Below are positions 45,357 through 55,600 of a stretch of 64,000 bases of DNA, one piece after another. The translations under genes were made by a program, and so were the position numbers. The number at the start of each line of letters is the position of its first letter. Positions within the stretch are counted from its first letter, which is position 1. The stretch spans positions 74,174 through 138,173 of the forward strand of contig JBDTJX010000008.1 in NCBI GenBank assembly GCA_039935655.1, read 5' to 3'. A model generated the notes under the pieces. It was not told the DNA's origin. It was given only the letters and a program-made list of their open reading frames with translations, and did not search any database. The stretch is from Candidatus Dormibacter sp. GTDB taxonomy: Bacteria; Chloroflexota; Dormibacteria; Aeolococcales; Aeolococcaceae.

Positions 45357-46158
45357 TGTAATGCCCAGACGCGTTGTTGAGGCGTGAGATGGCGGGAGCT
45401 GACTGAGACTGGTATGGGCTCGGTGATGGTTGTAGATGTGCAGCCAGGTCGTCAAGGCGGTGGTTCGTTGGTGGTTTGAGGCATAGGGACGAACGTATGC
45501 CCATTCCTCGAGGAGGGTGCGGTTGAAGCGCTCCACCTTGCCGTTGGTCTGAGGTCGGCGCGGCTGGATGAAGCGCTGCACGGCACCGTTCTCGAGCACC
45601 GCGTTGCGGAAGGCGGCGGAGTTCCGGTAGGCGAAGGCGTTGTCGGTGAGCACGCGCCGGACCACGATGCCGTGGACAGCGAAGAAGGCCGTGGCGCGGC
45701 TCCAAAATGCGGCCGCCGTGGCGCCGCGTTCGTCACTGCAGATCTCGGAGTAGGCGAGCCGTGAATGTCATCGACGGCGGAGTGGATGTAGTCGTAGCCG
45801 ACCCCCGGGGATTTTGGTCCGAGGCGTCCGTGGATGCGCCAGCCACCGCCGGGTGGGATCCGACCCAGCTTCTTGACGTCGACGTGGACCAGGTCGCCAG
45901 GATGGTCGTGCTCGTAACGGCGGATGATCCGGCCGGTCGGGCGATCCATCCAGCTCAGCCGGTTCAGCTGCCGGCGCACCAACACGCGGTGCACTGTCGA
46001 GGCTGGCATCTGCAGGCGGACGGCGCTCCGAGCCGGACCGAGCTGGGTGCGTCGGCGGAGCGCTTCGATCTGGTGCTCCGCCTCCGTCTGGGTGGATTTC
46101 AACAACCCAAACTCAGCCCGGGGCTCTCTCTTTGTCAACAACCTCTATGGGCACTACA
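45357..46158 (-). mobile_element. Degenerate IS481-family insertion sequence (802 bp)
   Basis: Ends TGTAATGCCC..GTTGTTGA and TGTAGTGCCC..GTTGTTGA; flanks TCTAGA/CCTAGA; transposase fragments HVDVKKLG, LTDN, RPQTNGKVERFNRT; 5' deletion and two frameshifts. Confidence 0.9.
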
Positions 46159-46159
46159 C

Positions 46160-49100
46160 CTAGACGCGGGCCAGCCCGACGCGCGCCACCCCGCCGTCGA
46201 GCGGCGTCTCGTGGACGCTCATGCCGGTGGGGATCGCGCCGACCGTCAGCTGGCTCGCGAGGGTCTCCGACGCGACATGGTCACGGTGCTCCACCACCGC
46301 CGCCGCGTGCGCCTCCGGGAGGTCGAGCACGAGGCGGATGCGGTCGGCGAGGTGCAACCCGGCCTCGCGGCGAGCGGATTGCACGAGCCGGACCACGTCG
46401 CGAGCCAGGCCCTCGCGTTCCAGCTCCGGCGTCACCGCGATATCGACGTGCACCGCGCCGCTGCCACTCTCGAGCACGCGGGTTGTCGCCTCGTCCTCGG
46501 CGCGGATCGCCAGGGTGAACTCCTCAGGCCCGAGGTGCTGACCGGCCACCTCCACGCCGCCCTCGGTCCGCCGCCAGTCCCCGCGACGGGCCGCCGCGAA
46601 CACCGCCTGCGCCGCGCCACCGAGACGCGGGCCCACCACCGCCGCGTTGACGGCCAGAACGCGGCGTGCCATGACGTCGACGTCGCCGCTGAGCTGCACG
46701 CTCTTGACGTTGACCTCGTCGGCGATGAGCTCGCGATACGGTTCGAGGAGCTGCGGTCGGGCCACGGCCACGGTGATGGACGGCAGCGGCAGGCGCACGC
46801 GCCGGTCCGCGGCACGCCGCACCGACAGCGCGGCGGAGCACACCTCCCTGACCAGGTCCATGGCTGCGACCAGCTCGTCGTCGGCGGGCAGGGCATCGCG
46901 GACGGGGTAGTCGGTGAGGTGCACGCTGCGCTCGCCGCACAGGTTGCGGTAGACGTGCTCGGTAATCATCGGCAGCAGCGGCGCGGCGACGCAGCAGAGG
47001 GTGGTCAGCACCGTGTACAGGGTGTCGTAACAGTCGCGCTTGTCGTCGTCCACCGCGCTTCCCCAGACGCGCTCGCGGCTGCGCCGGATGTACCAGTTGT
47101 TGAGGGCGTCGATGAACTGGCGGATGACGCGGCACGCGCCGTCGAGGTCGTATGCGTCCATGCGGTCGGTGACGCTGCCGACCAGCGCACCGGTCTTGGC
47201 GAGGATGTAGCGGTCGAGAACGCCGGTGGCGTCGGTGCGGGCGGTGGCGCGGTAGCCGTCGATGTTGGCGTAATCGCTGAAGAATCTGTACGCATGCCAC
47301 AGGGGGATGACCACCTGGCGCAGGCCCTCGCTGATGGCGGGCTCGCTGACGACCAGGTCCTGGCCGCGCAACACCGGCGAGTTGAGCAGCGACCAGCGCA
47401 CTGCGTCGGCCCCGTGCTTGTCGAACATCTCCTCAGGGTCGGGGTAGTTGCGCAGCCGCTTGCTCATCTTCTGGCCGTCGTTGCCGAGGATGACGCCGTG
47501 CACAACGCAGTTCGTGAACGCCGGCGTGTCGAAGAGCGCGGTGGCCAGCACGTGGAGGTTGTAGAACCACGCGCGCGTCTGGCCGACGTACTCGACGACG
47601 AAGTCCGCGGGGAAGTGAGAGGTGAACCACTTCTCCTGCTCGAACGGGTAGTGGACCTGCGCGTAGGGCATCGAGCCGGACTCGAACCAGCCGTCGAGCA
47701 CCTCCTCGACGCGGCGCATGGTGGCGCGGCCGCTGGGATCGTCGGGGTTGGGACGGGTCAGCTCATCGATCCCGGGGCGGTGGAGGTCGTTGGGACGCAC
47801 GCCAAAGTCGCGCTCGATGTCATCGAGAGACCCGTAGACGTCGACCCGCGGGAAGTCGGGATCGTCGCTCTTCCAGACGGGGATCGGCGAACCCCAGAAA
47901 CGGTTGCGGCTGATCGACCAGTCGCGCGCGCCCGCCATCCATTTGCCGAACGCTCCGTCGCGCACGTGCGCGGGCACCCAGTTGATCCTTTGGTTGAGCG
48001 CCACGGCACGATCCTTGATGGCGGTCACCTCGACGAACCACGAGCTCACCGCGCGATAGATGAGCGGGGTGTCGGTGCGCCAGCAGTGGGGAAAGCTGTG
48101 CTCGTAGGTTTCGTGGCGCACCAGCGCGCCGATCTCGCGAAGACGCCGCACGATCTTGGGGTTGGCCTCGAAGACCTGGAGGCCCTGCCAGTCGGGCACC
48201 TCCTGGGTGAAACGTCCGCTCTGGTCCACGGGCACCACCACGCGAATCCCGTTGGCTTCGCAGAGGCGCTGGTCGTCCTCGCCGAAGCCCGGCGCCATGT
48301 GCACCGCGCCCGTCCCCTCCTCCTCGCTGACAAAGTCGGCCGCGAGAAGCAGGAAGGCGTTGGGTTCTGACGCGAAGAAGTCGAAGAGCGGTGCGTAGGT
48401 GCGGCCGACCAGCTGCTCACCACGCACGGTGTCGACGCGCTCCGCGCCGGCCAGCTCCGCGACGTAGTGCTCGGCGGCACGCGACCCGATGATCCAGCGC
48501 TCGCCGTCCCTCTGGTACACCGCATAGTCCATGGCCGGGTCGATGGCGATGGCGAGGTTGGAGGGGAGGGTCCATGGCGTCGTCGTCCAGGCCAGCACAT
48601 GTGTGGGCACGGGGTCGCCCGCAGTTGGATGGAGACGGAACTTCACCGTCACGGCCGGATCCTGGCGAGGGCGGTAGGCGTCGTCGAGACGGGTTTCGAA
48701 ATTGCTGAGGGGTGTCTCGCATTCCCAGCAGTACGGCAGCACACGATGCCCTTCGTAGATGAGCCCGCGCGCCCAGAGCTGTTTGAACGCCCACATGACG
48801 CTCTCCATGTAGGAGACATCCATGGTCTTGTAGTCGTTGTCGAAGTCCACCCATCGCGCCTGCCGCGTGACGTAGCTACGCCATTCGCTCGTGTACTTCA
48901 GCACCGACGTGCGACAGAGAGCGTTGAACCTGTCGACGCCGTACTCCTCGATGGCCACGTGACCGTGGATGCCCAGCTGGCGTTCGGCCTCCATCTCCGC
49001 GGGCAGACCGTGGCAATCCCAGCCGAAACGCCGCGGCACCCGGTAGCCACGCATGGTCTTGTAGCGCGGCACCGCGTCTTTGACGAAGCCGGTGAGCAGG

Positions 49101-49297
49101 TGTCCGTAGTGGGGAAGCCCGTTGGCGAACGGGGGGCCGTCGTAGAAGACGAACTCGCGATCGGCGCTGCGCTGCTCGATGGACGCGGCGAACGTGTGGT
49201 CACCTTCCCAGTACGCGAGCACCTCCTCCTCGATCGCGGGGAGATGCGGGCGCGGATTCACCGCCGGGTATGGCTGGTCGCGGGCCGTCACCGCCAT
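46160..49297 (-). CDS. ileS: Isoleucine-tRNA ligase, type 2 (IleRS2)
   Basis: DGPPFANGLPHYGH, WTTTPWTLPSN, DWSISRNRFWG, KMSKR; no C-terminal Zn finger. Confidence 0.96.
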   Translation of the reverse strand: MAVTARDQPYPAVNPRPHLPAIEEEVLAYWEGDHTFAASIEQRSADREFVFYDGPPFANGLPHYGHLLTGFVKDAVPRYKTMRGYRVPRRFGWDCHGLPAEMEAERQLGIHGHVAIEEYGVDRFNALCRTSVLKYTSEWRSYVTRQARWVDFDNDYKTMDVSYMESVMWAFKQLWARGLIYEGHRVLPYCWECETPLSNFETRLDDAYRPRQDPAVTVKFRLHPTAGDPVPTHVLAWTTTPWTLPSNLAIAIDPAMDYAVYQRDGERWIIGSRAAEHYVAELAGAERVDTVRGEQLVGRTYAPLFDFFASEPNAFLLLAADFVSEEEGTGAVHMAPGFGEDDQRLCEANGIRVVVPVDQSGRFTQEVPDWQGLQVFEANPKIVRRLREIGALVRHETYEHSFPHCWRTDTPLIYRAVSSWFVEVTAIKDRAVALNQRINWVPAHVRDGAFGKWMAGARDWSISRNRFWGSPIPVWKSDDPDFPRVDVYGSLDDIERDFGVRPNDLHRPGIDELTRPNPDDPSGRATMRRVEEVLDGWFESGSMPYAQVHYPFEQEKWFTSHFPADFVVEYVGQTRAWFYNLHVLATALFDTPAFTNCVVHGVILGNDGQKMSKRLRNYPDPEEMFDKHGADAVRWSLLNSPVLRGQDLVVSEPAISEGLRQVVIPLWHAYRFFSDYANIDGYRATARTDATGVLDRYILAKTGALVGSVTDRMDAYDLDGACRVIRQFIDALNNWYIRRSRERVWGSAVDDDKRDCYDTLYTVLTTLCCVAAPLLPMITEHVYRNLCGERSVHLTDYPVRDALPADDELVAAMDLVREVCSAALSVRRAADRRVRLPLPSITVAVARPQLLEPYRELIADEVNVKSVQLSGDVDVMARRVLAVNAAVVGPRLGGAAQAVFAAARRGDWRRTEGGVEVAGQHLGPEEFTLAIRAEDEATTRVLESGSGAVHVDIAVTPELEREGLARDVVRLVQSARREAGLHLADRIRLVLDLPEAHAAAVVEHRDHVASETLASQLTVGAIPTGMSVHETPLDGGVARVGLARV

Positions 49298-49349
49298 AGG
49301 GTATCGGAAGCCCTGAACCGCTCCCGCCGCTCACCGACCATCCGCGCCG

Positions 49350-49859
49350 TCAGTGCGGGGACGGCGCGGGAAGCACGAATGTCGCCGGCGTCTGTGTTGG
49401 CACGGGTGTGGCAGACGGCGACGGCGGCGCAGACGGCGATGCGCTCGGGCTCGGCGAGGGGGACGGTGCGAAGGTGGGCAGAGGGGCGTTCAACCCACCG
49501 CTGGCCGCCGAGGGCGCCCCGGGAGTGGTGATGATGAAGATGCTCTCACCGGGGAATACCAAGCCCAGGCGGCGTGCCTGCTCTTCGAGCCAGGCGGAGT
49601 TGTTGGCCTCGCCGATCTGCTGCTGCCGCTCACCGATCTGCTGTTGCAACGCAGAGTTCTGCGCATTGAGCGACTGGACACGCGAGTCGAGCGCATTGCC
49701 CTGCGCGGCCTCGGTGAACACTGCGTACGCGGCCAGGCCGGAGAGCGCTGCAAGTCCGGCGATCACCAGGCGGCGAAGCGGGCCGGCGTCGGAAGCGACG
49801 ACATGACGAAGAATCGGTCGGCCCTCGAGAACGTGTGCTGAAACTGGCCGTGCGACCAC
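49350..49859 (-). CDS. FtsB/DivIC-like septum formation initiator
   Basis: TM helix, coiled coil, LEEQARRLGLVFPGE, Pro/Ser tail; start uncertain. Confidence 0.75.
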   Translation of the reverse strand: MVARPVSAHVLEGRPILRHVVASDAGPLRRLVIAGLAALSGLAAYAVFTEAAQGNALDSRVQSLNAQNSALQQQIGERQQQIGEANNSAWLEEQARRLGLVFPGESIFIITTPGAPSAASGGLNAPLPTFAPSPSPSPSASPSAPPSPSATPVPTQTPATFVLPAPSPH

Positions 49860-49881
49860 CCATAAGGATGGGTGCCAACGG

Positions 49882-50802
49882 CTATTTTGACAAGGTCGGC
49901 GGTTTGTGGACGCCGTCGGGGGCGGTGGCCTCCCACCGCCGGCGCCACTCCGAGGCATCGACGTCATGCAGGTCGGCGCCGTCGGCGGAAGCCTGCCGCT
50001 CGAGGCTCCGGAAGCGGTCGGCAAAGCGGTTGGATCGCGCCCGCAACGCGTCCTCGGGGTTGACGCGGAGGCGCCGAGCGAGCGCCACTGCGGCGAAGAG
50101 CAATTCCCCGACCGCCCCATCCAGAGACGCCATCGGTGGCGCGGCCGCCGCCTCACTGTCGGCGCCCACCAGGGGACCATCGTGACGGCGGATCTCCCCC
50201 TCAGTGACCGTCCAGTCCCGTCCGCGCACCGCGTCGGACGGCGCGACTTCTGCGAGCGATGCCAGGGCGTCGATGGCCTGTCGCAGTGCGGCGACGGCGT
50301 CAGTGATCGCCGGGGTCTCGTCGAATCCAAGCCGCGCCGGTCGCTTCTGCAGACCCTGCGCGTAGGCGAGCGCGGGCAGAGCCCGGGGGATTCCGTCGAG
50401 CAGCGACAGCCGGTGGCTCTTCTCGCTGCGCTTGAGCCGCTCCCAGTTGACAACGACCTCGGCGGCGTCGCCGACCGCGGTGTCACCGAAGACGTGCGGA
50501 TGGCGGTGGATCATCTTGGCGCGCGTGGTCTCAGCCACGTCGCCGACATCAAAGCCGTCCTCGCCTTCGGCCGCGATGGCGCAATGCATGAGCACCTGGA
50601 GTAGGACGTCACCGAGCTCCTCCTGCAAGGCCGACAGGCCGTCGGAGTCGATCGCATCAAGCGCCTCGTACGTCTCCTCGAGCAGGTAGGGCCGAAGGCT
50701 GGCGTGCGTCTGCGCGCCGTCCCATGGGCACCCGCCCGGGGCGCGAAGCTGCTCGACCACCTCGTTGAGGGCACGCAGGGAAGCGGCGGCGTCATCTCTC
50801 AT
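49882..50802 (-). CDS. mazG: Nucleoside triphosphate pyrophosphohydrolase MazG
   Basis: LRAPGGCPWD, EETYE, EELGDVLLQ, RHPHVFG. Confidence 0.92.
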   Translation of the reverse strand: MRDDAAASLRALNEVVEQLRAPGGCPWDGAQTHASLRPYLLEETYEALDAIDSDGLSALQEELGDVLLQVLMHCAIAAEGEDGFDVGDVAETTRAKMIHRHPHVFGDTAVGDAAEVVVNWERLKRSEKSHRLSLLDGIPRALPALAYAQGLQKRPARLGFDETPAITDAVAALRQAIDALASLAEVAPSDAVRGRDWTVTEGEIRRHDGPLVGADSEAAAAPPMASLDGAVGELLFAAVALARRLRVNPEDALRARSNRFADRFRSLERQASADGADLHDVDASEWRRRWEATAPDGVHKPPTLSK

Positions 50803-50934
50803 CCTGCCCACAGAGTACGCAGCGAACGGGCGCGGTGCGATGCTACGCAGGCTGGCAGCTGATACCGGCGTTGTGGCAAAAGAGGACAATCAGCGCCCCG
50901 TGCGGACCGCCCCACATCGCCAGCCAGCCGCCCT

Positions 50935-52650
50935 GTGACCGATCACCCCACGCCTGCGCCGACCTCCCCGATGCCGTCGTCGCCCGCTGACGACCTCGTC
51001 CAGCTGACCCTCGAGCTGGCCGGCTCTCTCGATGCCCGGACGGTGATGAGCTGCATCCTCGAGCGCGGCCTCTCCTTGGCTGGAGCAGACCGCGCCACCC
51101 TTTCCGGCTTCGACGGCGACCGGCTGGTCATCGAAGCGTCGGTGGGCATCGGGGGAGGGGTCACGTGGGTCGGGCGAGCCTACGAGTCCAAGTCCCTGCT
51201 GCGTCAACCGCTGGTGGTGGAACTGCTCGCCACCCGCACCGCGGTTCTCGGTGGCGGCCTGGCCACCTCGGCGGCGATGCCCGAGTTCCGCAGTGCGTTG
51301 GACAAGGTCAAGCACACCGCGCTGGTCCCCATCCTCGAAGCAGGGTCCATGGCAGGCATGTTGGTGCTGTCCCGCTATGAGGACCAGCCCTTCCAGAGCG
51401 TGGACATCCCCAATCTCACCGCGTTCGGGGCGCTCGCCGGCATGGCGCTACGCAACGCCAAGCTCTACGAGCAGTCCACAGCAACCACCCGGCGTTTGCA
51501 GGCCGCGGCCGAGGCCGCGACGGACGTCGCCGCGATCAGCGACCTGTCCGCCCTGCTGCAGAGGATCATCCAGCACGCCTGCGAATCCGCCGGGGCGGAT
51601 TCCGGCGCGGTGATGCGGCTCGAGGGTACCGACGGCGTGGTCGAGGCCACGTCGGGGATCGCGCCGGTGGGCAGTCGGTGGCCGCTGACGGAGACGATCA
51701 GGGCCGCGATCGCCGCCGGCCGAGCCGTCCAGGTCGCCACGGACCCGGCGGAGATCAGCGCCGAGCTGGAGCCGTACGCGTCCGGGTACAGCCACGCACT
51801 GATCGGCCCGATGCGCTTCTCGGGCGAGCTGCTCGGCATCATCGTGCTCGGCCGCCACCGCGGCCGTCATCCCTACACCGAGGACGACATCGCCGGGCTG
51901 CAACACTTCGTCAGCCTGGCGGCACTGGTGCTGCACAACGGCCGGCTGGTGCATCGCCTGCGCGAGGCCGAAAGCATGAAGCGCGATTTCATCAACATCG
52001 CTGTCCACGAGCTGCGCGGGCCGCTGACGGCGATCGGCGGCTACGCCGAGCTCCTTGAGGTGGAAGGCGCGATCACCGACGACGACGCTGCTGCGCAGGT
52101 CGCGACGATCCGCCGACAGGCCACGTACGCCAAGGGTCTCGCCGAGGACCTGCTCATCCTCGCCAGGCTCGAGAGCGACGACCTCGGTGTCGCCAGCGAG
52201 GTGGTTCGGCTCAGCGACATGGTGGCCGCGGCGGTCGAGCGCGCCCTGCCGCGCGCGCGATTGCGCTCCGGTGACATCGAGGTGCGCGTGAGCGACGATG
52301 CGCGCGCCCGCGCGGACCCCGCGCTGGTGGGCCGCGTGCTCGGCAACCTGCTCACCAATGCCGTGGCCTATGCCGTCGACGCTCCGCACGTGTGCGTCAC
52401 CATCAGCTCCGAAGGGCCTCGCGCAATGGTGCGAGTGGAGGACAACGGACCCGGCGTTCCCGACGACGAGCAGGAGCGGATCTTCGCGCGGTTCTCACGT
52501 GGGTCACGCGGTGCGACCGTGCAGGGCACCGGGCTCGGGCTCTACCTGAGCCGCGAGTGCGCGCGGCGAATGGGCGGTGAGCTGGTGCTCGAGTCGAGCA
52601 GCGCAGGGACCGGCAGTCGCTTCCTGATGACGCTCCCGGGAGCGTCATAA
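50935..52650 (+). CDS. Soluble GAF-GAF sensor histidine kinase
   Basis: Two GAF-like repeats, HELRGPL, NLLTNA, DNGPG, GTGLGL; no TM helix seen. Confidence 0.9.
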   Translation: MTDHPTPAPTSPMPSSPADDLVQLTLELAGSLDARTVMSCILERGLSLAGADRATLSGFDGDRLVIEASVGIGGGVTWVGRAYESKSLLRQPLVVELLATRTAVLGGGLATSAAMPEFRSALDKVKHTALVPILEAGSMAGMLVLSRYEDQPFQSVDIPNLTAFGALAGMALRNAKLYEQSTATTRRLQAAAEAATDVAAISDLSALLQRIIQHACESAGADSGAVMRLEGTDGVVEATSGIAPVGSRWPLTETIRAAIAAGRAVQVATDPAEISAELEPYASGYSHALIGPMRFSGELLGIIVLGRHRGRHPYTEDDIAGLQHFVSLAALVLHNGRLVHRLREAESMKRDFINIAVHELRGPLTAIGGYAELLEVEGAITDDDAAAQVATIRRQATYAKGLAEDLLILARLESDDLGVASEVVRLSDMVAAAVERALPRARLRSGDIEVRVSDDARARADPALVGRVLGNLLTNAVAYAVDAPHVCVTISSEGPRAMVRVEDNGPGVPDDEQERIFARFSRGSRGATVQGTGLGLYLSRECARRMGGELVLESSSAGTGSRFLMTLPGAS

Positions 52651-52671
52651 GCCCCGACCGACCAGCGCCGC

Positions 52672-55600
52672 CTACGCCGGCACACGGGCGCGCACCCTCT
52701 GCAGGCGGCCGAGCTCGCGGAGCACTCCGAGCAACACCTCGCGCCAGTCGATGCCGCGGCGCACCGGTTCGGTGGTGACCATGATGCGCGTTGCTGTCGC
52801 GGTGGCCTGCGATGACCACTGCCTGACCAGCGCAGGCAGGTCGAGCCCGTGGTCGATGGCGAGCTGGACCCGCACGCCGCCCGCGCCCGACTCCACCGCC
52901 GTGACGCCGCCGGCGGCAGCCAGCAACCGGGCCCGCAGCGAGTAGACCAGCGCCTCGGCCGGCTGCGGGAGGGGACCGAACCGGTCAACCAGGCCGCGGG
53001 CTGTGCGCTCGAGGTCGGCCTCGGTCGCGCACGCCGCCAGGTCCTGGTAGCAGCGCAGCCGGAGTCGCTCATCGGTGACGTAGTTGACCGGGAGGAAGGC
53101 CTTCACCGGCAGCGACACGCTCACCTGCGCGGGCGATTCGACGAGCGGCTTGCCCTGCAACGCGGTCACCGCCTGGCGCAGCAATGTGTTGTAGAGCTCG
53201 AGTCCGACAGCAGCGATCTCGCCGTGCTGCTCCTCACCGAGGAGGTTGCCGGCGCCGCGGATCTCCAGGTCGTGCATGGCAAGCTTGAAGCCCGCGCCGA
53301 GGTCCTGGAGCTCGCCGATGACGTCGAGACGCTTGTCAGCCTTCTCGGTGAGCGACCTGTCGGGTGGATAGAGCAGGTAGGCGTACGCCCGCTGCCCCGC
53401 GCGGCCGACGCGGCCACGCAGCTGGTAGAGCTGCGCCAGTCCGAGGCGGTGCGCGTCGTTGATGACGATGGTGTTGGCGTTGGGAATGTCGAGCCCCGAC
53501 TCGATGATGGTGGTGCAGACCAGCACGTCGATCTCACCCTCACCGAACGCGCGCATGACCTCGGCCAGCGAATGCTCCGGCATCTGACCGTGACCAACCG
53601 CAATGCGCGCCTCCGGGATCAGCCCGCGCAGCTCGTCGGCGTGCTTCTCAATGGTCTGAACGCGGTTGTGCAAATAGAACACCTGGCCGCTGCGAGCCAG
53701 CTCGCGCGTGACCACCTCGCGCACCAGCGACGCCTCGCGCGCGGTCACGTATGTCTTGATCGGCTGCCTCTCCTCGGGTGGCGTCTGGATCACCGAGAGG
53801 TCGCGAATGCCTGCGAGCGACATGTGCAGGGTTCGCGGGATCGGCGTGGCCGACAGCGACAGGACGTCGACGGCCACCCGCAGCGACTTGAACCGCTCCT
53901 TCTGGAGGACGCCGAACCGCTGCTCCTCGTCGATGATGACCAGGCCAAGGTTGCTGAACTCGACGTCGCGCTGCAGCAGCCGGTGAGTGCCGACGACGAT
54001 GTCCACGGCGCCACTGCGCAGGCCGGTGAGTGTGGCCGCGATGTCTGCATCGCTGCAGAATCGCGACAGCTGGCGAACGGTGATCGGGAATGGCGTGAGT
54101 CGTTCACTGAAGGTGAGGAAGTGCTGCTGGGCGAGGACCGTGGTCGGGACGAGAAGGGCCACCTGCCTGCCCTCGCTCGCGGCTTTGAAGGCGGCGCGCA
54201 GGGCAAGCTCTGTCTTGCCGAAGCCAACGTCCCCGCAGACGACACGGTCCATCGGCCGCGATGACTCCATGTCGCGCTTGATCTCGTCCAACACCATCTC
54301 CTGATCGGGCGTCTCCTGGTAGGGGAACGACTCCTCGAGCTCCCGCTGCCAGGTGCCGTCCGGGGTGAAGGCGTGGCCATGGGCCATCTCGCGCCGCGAG
54401 TACAACGTCAGCAGCTCGCGCGCCACCTCCTCAGTGCGCTCCTTGACGCGGCGCTTGACCCGCTCCCATTCACCGCTGCCGAGCCGTGAGAGGTGGGGGT
54501 TGGAATCGGCACCGCCCACGTAGCGGTCGACTCTGTCGAGGTGGTCGACGGGCACGAACAGCTTGTCGCCGTCGGCATATTCGATGGTCATGTACTCGTG
54601 CTCGCCGAGCGCGTCGCTGACGGTGCGCATCTCGAGGAAGCGGCCGATGCCATGGTCGCGGTGCACCACCACGTCGCCGGGAGCGAACTGCATCACGAAC
54701 GCGCGGTGGGCGCTGCTGTCCGATGCGGCTCGGCGGGCACCGCGCGCCGACGTGGACTCGGCGCGGCGAGCTCCGCGTGCCAGTGGGGACCCGCGCCGTT
54801 TGACGACGCCGAAAAGCTCGTGGTCGGTGTACACGTCGAAGGCCGCGTCGCCCGCGGAAAACCCCTGCGACAAGTCGCCGCCGGTCACCGCCAGCGCGCC
54901 GGCGACCACCTCGGTCGCGGCGGCGTCCAGCTCGTCAACATCGACAGGATCCAGTCCATCCTCGCGGACCAGCTCCTCGACGCGATGTTGCTGGCGGCTG
55001 ACCACCAGGACCGCCGCCCCGGCGCCGGTGCGCGCGCGGACCGCCCCGCTGAATGCGCTCATGCGGCCGCCGAACCCGTCGACTCCTCGCCAGCCGAGGA
55101 CCGCGTCCCCGTCCGGCTCGCGCACCAGGTCGATGCAGCGACGACGCTCGAGCGCGGTGAGGAGGTGCTGCGGAGCGAGCAACCCGGTGCGCGCGCCGGC
55201 GGGCAGCTCGCCACGCTCCTCTTCCTGGGTGCGCAGGCCCTCGATCTCGTCGGCATGTCGCTGCGCTGCGCGAAGCAACGCCTCTGCGCCCCCGGCCAGG
55301 AGCACGATGGCGTCGTCGCCGGCGTGGTCGAGGAGTGTCGCCGGACTGTCGCCGACGAGGTAGGGATAGAAGAGGTCGACACCCTCGTCGTACACGCCCT
55401 CGCCGAGCTGGGCCCGGTCTCGCTCCCATGCCTCGCGCACCTCCGGGCGGCAGACCGAGACGTCGAGCAGGTCCACGGCGGCGACGGCGCGCTCCACGGT
55501 CGCGGCGCGGAGATCGAGCTCGCGCGCCGGCCAGATCGCCACCTCGGTGAGCTTGGCCACTGACGTCTGTGTCTCCACGTCGAAGGCGCGCAGCTCGTCG

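Noticed and set aside
45760-45780. Programmed frameshift in the IS481 transposase
   Set aside because: No slippery heptamer; a second frameshift and a 5' deletion indicate decay
49298-49349. T-box riboswitch upstream of ileS
   Set aside because: Only about 50 nt of intergenic space and no T-box consensus
49860-50486. N-terminal extension of the 378-aa divIC ORF
   Set aside because: Overlaps mazG in another frame; only the last ~170 codons look like FtsB/DivIC
54715-54780. 11-aa duplication in mfd (ARGARRAESTS/ARGARRAASDS)
   Set aside because: Lies in a variable linker before the RNAP-interacting domain; likely neutral
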